This document shows, in pieces, positions 18,751 to 27,640 of a stretch of 51,101 nt of DNA. The notes under the pieces were generated by a model. That model had not been told where the DNA came from and did not search any database. It was given only the letters and a program-made list of their open reading frames with translations. Position 1 is the stretch's first letter. Each line of letters starts with the position of its first letter. This DNA comes from Candidatus Melainabacteria bacterium 17Bon1m. Lineage in GTDB: Bacteria > Cyanobacteriota > Vampirovibrionia > Obscuribacterales > Obscuribacteraceae. The stretch is from assembly GCA_032128875.1 (NCBI GenBank), contig JAVLKG010000020.1, positions 1-51,101 on the forward strand, given 5' to 3'. The position numbers and the translations under genes were made by a program.

Positions 18751-20538
18751 TTACTTCAATGCGGGCGGTGGCGCACCAGCCTCAATAGCCTTGAGCGCGT
18801 CGGTGGCGTTTTTGATCCAGGTTTCAGTCTTTTTGCCACTTTCAAGCACAGGAAGAGCCAGCTCTAAATTTTTCTTCGCCTCATCAGGCTTACCAGCGCG
18901 CCACAGGTAAGTGGCAAACAAATACCTGCTCTTCGCCGCTTCCACCGGCTCTTTCGCCTTTTCAAAATAGTACATAGAGCGCTCGAAAAAGAACTTCGCA
19001 ACTTCGTTGTGTCCATCAAACAATTGCAAAGTCACCCCTACGGTGCGCAGATTGTTGCCAATTTGCTTGTCGGTTTTGTAGGTCGTTTTGATGTATTCTT
19101 CAGCCTTTTCGTACTTGCCCTGACGCGCGAGGGTTCTAGCCATTGGCCAAGCCGTTAGCCTTTTGAAAGTGTCTGAATCCGGGTTGGAATCAATAATTCC
19201 CTGCAGCACACTTTCAGCTTGAGCGAATTCGTGTTTTTTATAATTGCGCAAAGCAATTTTGACCGCATTAAGTGCCGTGCGCGTGTCGTCGTCAGGCAGC
19301 ACGAACCATTCGACGATTTGCGGTACGTTGTATTTCATGAAAATCGTCGAAATGAATTCGGGCTGATCTTTCACAGCGTCTCTGAGGCTGAAAAACACCG
19401 TGAGGGGAATCGTTGCAGCAACAGCTAAAACAGCGATCTTCCAGAAACGCTTCTTCTGCTTGACACGAACGAACTGCCCCTTTTTAAAACTAATCAGCTC
19501 CTTCTTCAAATCTTGCATCGACTGATATCGATCATCTGGCGATTTTTCCAGAGCGCAGAAGACGATTCGCTTCAGCGCATCAGGGATTTGAAGCTCAGGT
19601 GGAAACGGCTGCGGCTTTTCCTTCGTGTGTTTAATCACCGTCTCCGCGAAGTTTTTGCCCTTAAAAGGAGGTTCTCCGCACAATGCCTCATACATTACGC
19701 AGCCAAGTGAATAGATATCAGACCGCCGATCGAGTGGCGCGGCCAAACACTGCTCAGGGCTCATATAGAGAGGACTTCCGAACACCTCACCTGTCTTGGT
19801 CAACTTGAGGTCATCAGCAGTTTCACCCTGCAACTTCGCGATTCCAAAGTCCACAATTTTTGCCGAAGGCGAGCCGCCCCCTTCGGTGGTCACTAATATA
19901 TTGCTCGGCTTCAAATCCCTATGCACAACGCCATTACCATGCGCGTGCTGCAGCGCGTCGGCGACCTGAATCATTATGTCAGCTACAAAATGTGGGCTGA
20001 GTTTTTGCTTGCGCGCTATCAGCGAGCTGAGTGGTTCGCCGTCGATGAGGTCCATTACCAGATACGGACCATGAACATCGCACACACTAAAATCATGAAC
20101 GCGAACAATATTGACGTGATTAAGTGAGCATGTCGCCTGCGCTTCTTTTTGGAAGCGCAGTAGTGTCTCCTGCGAAATATCTCTATCCTGGTTGAGAAGT
20201 TTGATGGCGACGACTCTTCGCATCATCGAGTCGTAAGCCTGAAAGACCGACCCCATCCCACCTTCGCCGAGTTTTTCTTCTATCGAATATTTGCCGGACA
20301 CCACCTGCCCCGACAAATCAGTCGGCGTCCGTTTTAGTCGCGGAGTTGAAACATTGTCCGACGAATTGCCGAACTGATTGCTATCAAGACGGGTTTCGTC
20401 TTGATTGTCATTTGTGATGACTGTGACTTCAATGACTTGAGGCAGGGTTGCGTCGGCCACTTCGGCCGATGACGCAGCAACCTTTGCTGCGTCAACTTTC
20501 TCATGAGGCTGCTCTTGAAGCTGCTCGTCTGGCTGCAT
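18751..20538 (-). CDS. Ser/Thr protein kinase with TM and TPR-like C-terminus
   Basis: GEGGMG, HRDLKPSN, DFG, YMSPEQ; TM after a KKR stretch; TPR-like helices. Confidence 0.95.
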   Translation of the reverse strand: MQPDEQLQEQPHEKVDAAKVAASSAEVADATLPQVIEVTVITNDNQDETRLDSNQFGNSSDNVSTPRLKRTPTDLSGQVVSGKYSIEEKLGEGGMGSVFQAYDSMMRRVVAIKLLNQDRDISQETLLRFQKEAQATCSLNHVNIVRVHDFSVCDVHGPYLVMDLIDGEPLSSLIARKQKLSPHFVADIMIQVADALQHAHGNGVVHRDLKPSNILVTTEGGGSPSAKIVDFGIAKLQGETADDLKLTKTGEVFGSPLYMSPEQCLAAPLDRRSDIYSLGCVMYEALCGEPPFKGKNFAETVIKHTKEKPQPFPPELQIPDALKRIVFCALEKSPDDRYQSMQDLKKELISFKKGQFVRVKQKKRFWKIAVLAVAATIPLTVFFSLRDAVKDQPEFISTIFMKYNVPQIVEWFVLPDDDTRTALNAVKIALRNYKKHEFAQAESVLQGIIDSNPDSDTFKRLTAWPMARTLARQGKYEKAEEYIKTTYKTDKQIGNNLRTVGVTLQLFDGHNEVAKFFFERSMYYFEKAKEPVEAAKSRYLFATYLWRAGKPDEAKKNLELALPVLESGKKTETWIKNATDALKAIEAGAPPPALK

Positions 20539-20820
20539 CGACCGTGCCCACTTGCTTTACCGCCCACTTATTCTATCAGCTTCCGTAGCTCTTCTCCCGC
20601 GTGAGGCGAATTGGTGCTAGCTGCCCACTGCTGGCGCTTTGCGGGACCTTTGTAACAAGTTATTTGCCCTCTATTGTGGTCTGTAGTCCAATACATATAC
20701 TTAGGGGATGCGAGGCCAAATGCCTCCGAACAGATTCCCTTCTGAAGTCCCTCAACCTAAGTCCCAAATCTGCCTTGAAGCTAGTGATTTGGGTTTACCG
20801 AGTATTTAGCGCAATCAATC

Positions 20821-21594
20821 ATGCTATCCAAACCACTAACAGTCGGAATAATCGGCGGCATCGGACCTGAGGCGGCAAACCGTTTGTCTCAGCTCATTGT
20901 CGAACTCTCCAACGCCTCTTCCGACCGAGAACACATTCCGGTCATCTGCTTCAACAATCCCAATATCCCCAGCCGTGTCGATTCAATTAGCGGCAAAGGC
21001 GAAAACTGCTTGCCTGCATTAGTTGAGACCGCGCGGGCTCTAGTGCGGGCCGGCGCCAATTTCTTGCTAATGCCTTGCAATTGCGCACACTTCTATTTGC
21101 GTGCCTTAAGAGAAGAGATATCCGTGCCCGTGCTCGACATGATTCACGAGACGGTCGATCAGATAGTTGAAGACTTCCCTGGAGCAAAATCAGTGGGCTT
21201 GCTCGCTTCGTCGCCGACGTTGGAGACAGGGCTATACTCACGACCCTTTTCTAAGTGGGGAATCGAAGGTCTGGCGCCGAATGAAATTGAACAGCAATTG
21301 GTGATGTCTGCGATTTACGGAATAGACGGCATCAAAGCCGGCAAGAAGGAAGCAGCCACAGAGAATCTGGTGGCTGTTGGAAATTCGCTGGTGAAGCGAG
21401 GAGCCGACGTCGTAATTGCTGCCTGCACCGAGATTTCGCTGGTGTTGGAGAGAGACTCACTATCTGTGCCCGTTGTCGATCCGATGCGTGTCATTGCCCA
21501 GTCTGCGATCAACTGTTCTCGCAATGGACTCAGCCAATCTCAATCGGGGCGCTTGGTTCAATCAGTTCGAAGATCGACTGGTGCCGGAGTCTAA
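20821..21594 (+). CDS. Aspartate/glutamate racemase family protein
   Basis: GIIGGIGPEA, PCNCAH and ACTE (both catalytic Cys), VVDP. Confidence 0.93.
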   Translation: MLSKPLTVGIIGGIGPEAANRLSQLIVELSNASSDREHIPVICFNNPNIPSRVDSISGKGENCLPALVETARALVRAGANFLLMPCNCAHFYLRALREEISVPVLDMIHETVDQIVEDFPGAKSVGLLASSPTLETGLYSRPFSKWGIEGLAPNEIEQQLVMSAIYGIDGIKAGKKEAATENLVAVGNSLVKRGADVVIAACTEISLVLERDSLSVPVVDPMRVIAQSAINCSRNGLSQSQSGRLVQSVRRSTGAGV

Positions 21595-21597
21595 GGA

Positions 21598-22581
21598 TTG
21601 GCGAACGTCTTACTTACACTTGCCGAGGAAGTTGGAAAGACTACCGATACTCATTTTGCGGTTCGATTTCCTGTCGATGAAAACGATTGCTTTGACTTTG
21701 CTGCTGGTCTGAAGGCGCTGGGTCACAATGTCTATTTTGTGAATTGGCGTGATCTTGATTTGGAAAACGAACCTGATCCGAAGAAAGTACAATTCAATCG
21801 AATGTTCGACTATCAAAATTCTTGTTTTGTGAAACCTCTTGCACTGTCGGACTTTGCGCTTGTTTTCGTCTACAAGATGGAAGGATTTTATTTTGATTTG
21901 CCGCGCTTCTTCGCGATGGTTTCGGCCTTCGAGAAAAATATTTCGGTTGTGGTAAACGACCCTGCGACGATCCGTCACAATATCGATAAGAGCTACTTGT
22001 TCCAATTAATGGAAAGAGGCATCAGCGTCGGGCATCCATATACTGTTAAAGACGCCGTTGAGCAGCGGCTGAAGCAAAATCTGTCTTGCGTCGTCAAACC
22101 GTTATTTGGCGAGCGTGGCAACAAAGTTTTGTTGGCCAAATCAATTGATGATTTGAAGGAGATTGAAGGTAGCGAAAGCGAATTCATTGCTCAAGAGTAC
22201 ATGCCTGAAATTAGAGACGGTGAAAAGAGTCTTGCCTTTCTCGGATTTGAATTCCAGCATGCTGTTGTAAAACGCCCTAACGTGCTTAACGCTGATGAAT
22301 TCCGCTGCAATGAGTCTCTTGGGGGGACAGTCGCTATCTACGAACCGACAGCCGAAGAGTTGGATTATTGCTTGAATCTTTTGAAGGTTTACGAATCCTT
22401 TGGTTGTCCTATTCACTTCAGTCGTGTCGACTTTGTCACCACTGGCGGTGGTCCGAAATTAGTTGAGGTCGAGTTGCTGAATCCCTCAATTTATGCCAAC
22501 TATTCGAATAAAGGTCCACAATTTGGAGCCGCAATCGCAAATTACTTCGACTCCCTAATCCGCGTCAAAACGAAAGTCTAA
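21598..22581 (+). CDS. ATP-grasp ligase (glutathione synthetase/RimK-like)
   Basis: VVNDP..IR.NIDKSYL, VVKPLFGERG, QEYMPEI..GE, FRCNESLGG, RVDF, EVELLNP. Confidence 0.85.
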   Translation: MANVLLTLAEEVGKTTDTHFAVRFPVDENDCFDFAAGLKALGHNVYFVNWRDLDLENEPDPKKVQFNRMFDYQNSCFVKPLALSDFALVFVYKMEGFYFDLPRFFAMVSAFEKNISVVVNDPATIRHNIDKSYLFQLMERGISVGHPYTVKDAVEQRLKQNLSCVVKPLFGERGNKVLLAKSIDDLKEIEGSESEFIAQEYMPEIRDGEKSLAFLGFEFQHAVVKRPNVLNADEFRCNESLGGTVAIYEPTAEELDYCLNLLKVYESFGCPIHFSRVDFVTTGGGPKLVEVELLNPSIYANYSNKGPQFGAAIANYFDSLIRVKTKV

Positions 22582-22605
22582 TCTATACCTTCTTTTGCGC
22601 AGAGA

Positions 22606-22881
22606 CTATTTCTGCGCGAGGCCAAAATACAGAATTACCAAGGCTAACCCGATAAAAAATACGGCAATGCGGAAAATTTCCACCTTGGGCGCGATATCCG
22701 TATTCTCCTGGACCGTCTTTCCTGTTGAAGGTTCTGGCGGAAACACAAATGACTGGGAGGTTGTCGAGCCTATTTCGCCATCCGGAAGCACAGAGTTACA
22801 GCTCGGGCACACCAAAACGAGCGGGTCGGTTTTAGTCCCGCATTCCATGCATGTTTTCTTGGGCACCTCTAGCTCTTGCAT
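22606..22881 (-). CDS. Small zinc-ribbon membrane protein
   Basis: CMEC...CPSC and a C-terminal TM helix. Confidence 0.75.
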   Translation of the reverse strand: MQELEVPKKTCMECGTKTDPLVLVCPSCNSVLPDGEIGSTTSQSFVFPPEPSTGKTVQENTDIAPKVEIFRIAVFFIGLALVILYFGLAQK

Positions 22882-22913
22882 ATCCAGTACCTGTGAATAT
22901 GAGGCAGATGATT

Positions 22914-23879
22914 CTATTTAATCACTACTGAGATGAGGAAATCAACGAGTGGTTTGCGAGCGTCTACGACTAGAGTGCTAAGGTCATATTGCGTGAAGGT
23001 GGTCCCGGCTCCATTAATTTCATTGATGTGATCTCCGATGAAGTCGATTGAGCCGATTGTCACACCGGATTTCTTGCAAAGCGCGTTAGCCCTCTCGACG
23101 TCTTTTCGATAGTTCTTCGAGCGACCATCGTATTCGACGATTTGATAGTCCTTTGAATAGTCAGACCAAGGCGTCTTTCTTCCCTGAATTATGCGCGCGC
23201 GAATGCATTCTCCATCCACATACCACAGGCGCTTTTCCGCTCCTGTTACTAGAGTTTGGAAGCAATAATCTTTGGCTAGCGATTCTTTGTTGTCCTTGAC
23301 GTAAATGCGTAAATTCTCGAGTTCTTCGTCTTTCTGAATCTTGCGAACTCCATCCCCGGCGCCACCCCAGTTCGGTTTTGCGACGATGGTTTTCTCTCGT
23401 CTCAACAATTCATGTACGTCATTCCAGTTGGAAAATTTGAATGTTGGGATCACTCCCCATTTTTTAGCATCAAGTTCGGCGAACCATGATTTAAGGCAGT
23501 TTCGCTCAGCCTCGGCAGTGTTGATCAGCTCATTAACCTTTCCGCTGTCGAAAGCGGTTTCGTGCAAATCAATTTGCGCATTCAGGAAATCTCGACGATG
23601 CTTAAATCCAAAATCGTTGCTGTCAATCCAATAGCCGTCGGTGTACACAATCCAGACATCCGCTTCCGGCTTTATCCATCCGTGTTTCTCGAACTTTCCG
23701 TGCGAGGCTCGCTTGTATGCACAAACTCGTTTTTTATTGAAGTCATATTCGGAAATGGGCAGCACGAATAGGTCGCATTTGTCATGCAACCCGGTCACCA
23801 TGGAACGGACGGTCTGAAAACGCTTTCCCTCGATGAGCCCGGGGTTGACCGTCAGCAAGACGCGCTTTTTCGATTTCAT
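22914..23879 (-). CDS. ATP-grasp ligase (GshB/RimK-like, divergent)
   Basis: VAKPNWGGAGDGV, EKRLWYVDG, SIDFIG..INEINGAG. Confidence 0.85.
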   Translation of the reverse strand: MKSKKRVLLTVNPGLIEGKRFQTVRSMVTGLHDKCDLFVLPISEYDFNKKRVCAYKRASHGKFEKHGWIKPEADVWIVYTDGYWIDSNDFGFKHRRDFLNAQIDLHETAFDSGKVNELINTAEAERNCLKSWFAELDAKKWGVIPTFKFSNWNDVHELLRREKTIVAKPNWGGAGDGVRKIQKDEELENLRIYVKDNKESLAKDYCFQTLVTGAEKRLWYVDGECIRARIIQGRKTPWSDYSKDYQIVEYDGRSKNYRKDVERANALCKKSGVTIGSIDFIGDHINEINGAGTTFTQYDLSTLVVDARKPLVDFLISVVIK

Positions 23880-23886
23880 TTGGAGA

Positions 23887-25170
23887 TCAGCGAACCGGTT
23901 CCAGCTTGTAGTCTAACATTTTGGATGCAGCTTCAAAATCTCGGATGAGGTCATCTTCAGAGTTCGCGCCCATGTTGATCAGCCCGTAGCGAAAGCTGTG
24001 TGAATCCTGCAGTTGCTCTGACAGCTTTTTGCCCTTTGTAGCAATGACTTGTACCATCGAGCCGGGAAACTTTTTTTCTACGTCATCGATGTTTGCTTTG
24101 TCGGGAATCTGCTTGACGAGTTGATCATCAAACGTACGCAATACACAGCTCGCTGCGATTTGGAATTTTCCTTGGCGGCGCACAAAGCCAGGCTCTTTGC
24201 CAAGCGCAATGCGCATCATCACTTCATACGAATTGCTGCCATCAACCTTTTCAAAGAGGTCAGGAAATTGCGAGGCGATTTTGGGATTGATTTCTATAAT
24301 GTGAATCGAGTCTTTCTTCGAGTCGTAGATCATCTCGAAGTTGAACATCGCATTGTCGTAGCCGATGCCTTTCATGAAGGTCGCTGCAATCTGCTCCATC
24401 CTCAGCAAGACCTCCTCCGGTAGGCTCGATGGGTACTGGAATCTCTTGAATGAAAACGTGCCGGGGAACATAATCGCATCGATGATTCCCATCACTGTAA
24501 CTTCGCCTTTGTAGACGAAGCCCTCGAGCGAAACCTGATGACCGCTGAGTAGCTCTTCGTAGAGCAGATAATTTGCATTCAATTCCCAGTCTGTGTACAG
24601 TCTGACCAGATCGTTAAACGGCAGTATGAATAGCTCGGGAAGCAGAGATTCGCTTGCGCGCTTACGCAGTTCGTCCCGATCTTGGATTGTATATGCATTC
24701 TTTGACATGCAAGATTTCACAGGTTTGAGAAAACCAGGAAACATCGAAATTTTGTCAACAGAATCGAGATTTTTAGGATCGATGAGGTGAAATTCCGGCG
24801 TTGCAGTTGGAACAATTTTTGCTTGTTTCACCCGGCAATAATATTTGTGCTCGCAAAGCAAGATAGGAGCAGGCTTTGGTCCCGGCAGGTCAAGCCTTTC
24901 TGCAAGTACTGCTGTGGCCGACATTCCCGGGTACCCGACACCAGATGTGATACCAACTAGATTGTCGTCATAGTGGCGTTGCACTGTCTCATCGAGCAGC
25001 TTTGCAATATCTAGTGGCTTTGTATCAAGGTTGGGACTTTCGCCAAGCAAGTCATCGAAGTAGTCCCCGCCGAAATCGTCAAACCGCAAATTGACGCCAA
25101 TCCGCTCTGCCAAATGTGGCAGTGTGCGACGTTCGCGCGCTGTGGGGCAGAGAATCAGCAGGTCTTTCAT
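23887..25170 (-). CDS. ATP-grasp domain protein (L-amino-acid ligase/carboxylase-like)
   Basis: LPGP, HKYYCR, FLKPVKS, EELLSGHQVSLEG, FNFEMIY, IIEINPK; frame open to 25191. Confidence 0.9.
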   Translation of the reverse strand: MKDLLILCPTARERRTLPHLAERIGVNLRFDDFGGDYFDDLLGESPNLDTKPLDIAKLLDETVQRHYDDNLVGITSGVGYPGMSATAVLAERLDLPGPKPAPILLCEHKYYCRVKQAKIVPTATPEFHLIDPKNLDSVDKISMFPGFLKPVKSCMSKNAYTIQDRDELRKRASESLLPELFILPFNDLVRLYTDWELNANYLLYEELLSGHQVSLEGFVYKGEVTVMGIIDAIMFPGTFSFKRFQYPSSLPEEVLLRMEQIAATFMKGIGYDNAMFNFEMIYDSKKDSIHIIEINPKIASQFPDLFEKVDGSNSYEVMMRIALGKEPGFVRRQGKFQIAASCVLRTFDDQLVKQIPDKANIDDVEKKFPGSMVQVIATKGKKLSEQLQDSHSFRYGLINMGANSEDDLIRDFEAASKMLDYKLEPVR

Positions 25171-25309
25171 TGTTTCCGAGCTTTTCAGCAAATACGGGAG
25201 CTATTCTAGCTTGTCATTGAAGCAATGACGAGAGTACCTCGGGATGTTTTTGCAATGAAACGACAAACGACAATCCTTTTGCAAGCTTCAGTCGCAGAAG
25301 TACAAGTTC

Positions 25310-26230
25310 CTACGCACCCAGGTATAAGTTTCGGAAGGCCAACTTGGTCAACTGTTGGGCGTTGAACGGCACGTCACGCAACTGTCCAGTATTGGTGTCG
25401 CGCACTTTCATTGTCGGTTGTTGTCCACGGAAATCAACGACGACTTCCGGATTCAGCAATGCATCCATCTTTGTCGCAGACAGCATCTTGCCGTCTTTCG
25501 AGTAGACGTACTCTGTCTTACCCGCGAACACATCGGCTACCCGGCCCTGTTGCTGATATGGACGATAGACCGGCTGATTTTCATTTACGAAGTGGCTGAT
25601 TGATGTTCTTTGCAGACCCATCTGCTCATTCACTTCATTATTGAAAATCCACTGCTGAAGAAATTTCGGACCATCTTTACCCTGCGTGTACTCGATCATA
25701 TTGACCGGGTCGCCCTTCCCGTCGGAAAGCACGGCATAAAAATCGCCCGGACGCTTGCGCCCGTCCGGATGCAGCATCCGCCCACCCATTGTAGGCTGCA
25801 TCAGCTCGCTGTCTCCCAGCAGGTCCATGGTTTTGGCTCGGTCCTTTACACCGTCATGCAGTTCGGCAATCTGCATTGTGCCGGGTACTTTGTTTTCGCC
25901 GCTTCGATCCGTGTAGGTTTTAAGATACATTTGGTACAAGCCGGCAGCCACTGGGCTCACGTTGCGAAGAATTGGACGAATGATTTTCGCGTCCTGATCG
26001 TGGGGAACCTTGTCATATGCGGGTGGTTTTGCTCCGGGATTGAGGTCGTCTACGCGTATGCCACCGTCCCGGCGCTGATTCTCCTGCTGTTGTTTGGTTT
26101 GAGGCAAGTCGAAAAGCCCGGCTCGTTGCCAAACATCGGCTGTAACCTCCGGCGGAGCCTGGTCGAAGAGGCGCAAGGCTGTTGCGTCCGAGAGCGTTTC
26201 AGTGCGAACGCCGGTGTTGCGGTCACCCAT
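25310..26230 (-). CDS. Hypothetical protein
   Basis: 306-aa ORF filling the gap between genes; no family recognised. Confidence 0.75.
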   Translation of the reverse strand: MGDRNTGVRTETLSDATALRLFDQAPPEVTADVWQRAGLFDLPQTKQQQENQRRDGGIRVDDLNPGAKPPAYDKVPHDQDAKIIRPILRNVSPVAAGLYQMYLKTYTDRSGENKVPGTMQIAELHDGVKDRAKTMDLLGDSELMQPTMGGRMLHPDGRKRPGDFYAVLSDGKGDPVNMIEYTQGKDGPKFLQQWIFNNEVNEQMGLQRTSISHFVNENQPVYRPYQQQGRVADVFAGKTEYVYSKDGKMLSATKMDALLNPEVVVDFRGQQPTMKVRDTNTGQLRDVPFNAQQLTKLAFRNLYLGA

Positions 26231-26458
26231 AGAGTCACCCCGAGAAAGATAAATTGGGAAGTATCAATAAACTATGACAGTTAATCTATTAGGTAAATGG
26301 TAGTTCCACCACTTATCAATGCCTGGGTTCGGACAACCCCCACGGCGGGATTTCGAGCCATTCAGTAGGATATGATTTTGGGGCGGTCCGACCGGACGAC
26401 CATGCCAGCATCTGGTTGACAAATGTCGATAACAGTAACACGAGCGGGAAGGGTTCAC

Positions 26459-27421
26459 ATGTTCAAACGGCAGAGAAAGCGGGCGGGCGTATCATCTATT
26501 CTCATTATTTCCGCGCTCATTATTTCTGCGATTGCCTGTGTTTTCACCCCAGTGTTTGCCCACGAGCAGAATCTCGAGCCCATGACGCAGTTCAAGACCT
26601 GGAAAGACCTGAAAATTACCGAGAGTCTCGCTGCCGACGGCTCCGTTAATTACTACTCCTTTCCGCTGAAAGGTGGAACCAAAGCACATCTGTGCGTGCT
26701 CGACCTGAAAAGTAAGACCTACTGCATTCGTCCTGTCGTTAACACTCCGACCTGCCCGACTTCAGCTAGTGGAGCTAAAGCCAAAGCAGTTGCGGCAGTC
26801 AATGGAGGCTTTTTCAATTTATCGAACGGCGAGAGCACCAGCTACGTCGTCATAGATGGGAAGCAGGTCTGCGATCCCACTACGAATAAAGACTTGGTCA
26901 CGAATCCAAAGCTGATGCCGTTTTTGGACACGATATTCAATCGCAGTGAATTGCGCATCGCAGATACTTCATCAATCACAATTGCACCGCACAAGGATCT
27001 TCATCCTAAGAAGGAGAAAGTGCAATACGTCCTTGGAGGCGGACCCCAGCTTTTGCCGAAAATGACTGCAAAGGAAGAAGCCTTCATTCGCACAGGCAGC
27101 GACGGCAAGCAAGTTGATTCCATTGGCTGCAATAGGACAGCCGCTCGCACCGCCATTGGTATCACTAATGACGACCATTTTCTCATTCTTTGCGTTGCCG
27201 GTAAGGGGCAGGATGAGTTTTCCTCTGGGATAAACCTTGAGCAATTGACGCAGTTGCTTAAAAATTTGGGCTGCATACGGGCACTAAATTTTGACGGTGG
27301 AACATCCACGACCATGGCAATCATCGATAAGTCTTCTTCTGAGGGCGCCATGAAGATGGTCTGCGGCAAAGAACCGGAAACGCGTGTCAAATCCGTCCTG
27401 ATGGTTGTACCGCGCAAATAG
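26459..27421 (+). CDS. Phosphodiester glycosidase family protein (NAGPA-like), exported
   Basis: Signal peptide; AAVNGGFF, GGGPQL, ARTAIGI, ALNFDGGTST. Confidence 0.92.
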   Translation: MFKRQRKRAGVSSILIISALIISAIACVFTPVFAHEQNLEPMTQFKTWKDLKITESLAADGSVNYYSFPLKGGTKAHLCVLDLKSKTYCIRPVVNTPTCPTSASGAKAKAVAAVNGGFFNLSNGESTSYVVIDGKQVCDPTTNKDLVTNPKLMPFLDTIFNRSELRIADTSSITIAPHKDLHPKKEKVQYVLGGGPQLLPKMTAKEEAFIRTGSDGKQVDSIGCNRTAARTAIGITNDDHFLILCVAGKGQDEFSSGINLEQLTQLLKNLGCIRALNFDGGTSTTMAIIDKSSSEGAMKMVCGKEPETRVKSVLMVVPRK

Positions 27422-27640
27422 TCGCGACTGTTCAATTCCACATTAACCCTTCGAGTTCCGTTTGCCATACTGGCACTGGAATCACGGAGCCTGTCGAATT
27501 TATGAAGCCTGCCGAAACGCCAAATAGTCACTCTGTTGAGGTTATACGCCTGGATGGGTACAAATATTGGGGGACGGCTCGAAGGTGTTCGGACCACGGA
27601 CGAGCCCAGCCGTGCGGTATGGTTTTTGCCGGAGTTGTTC

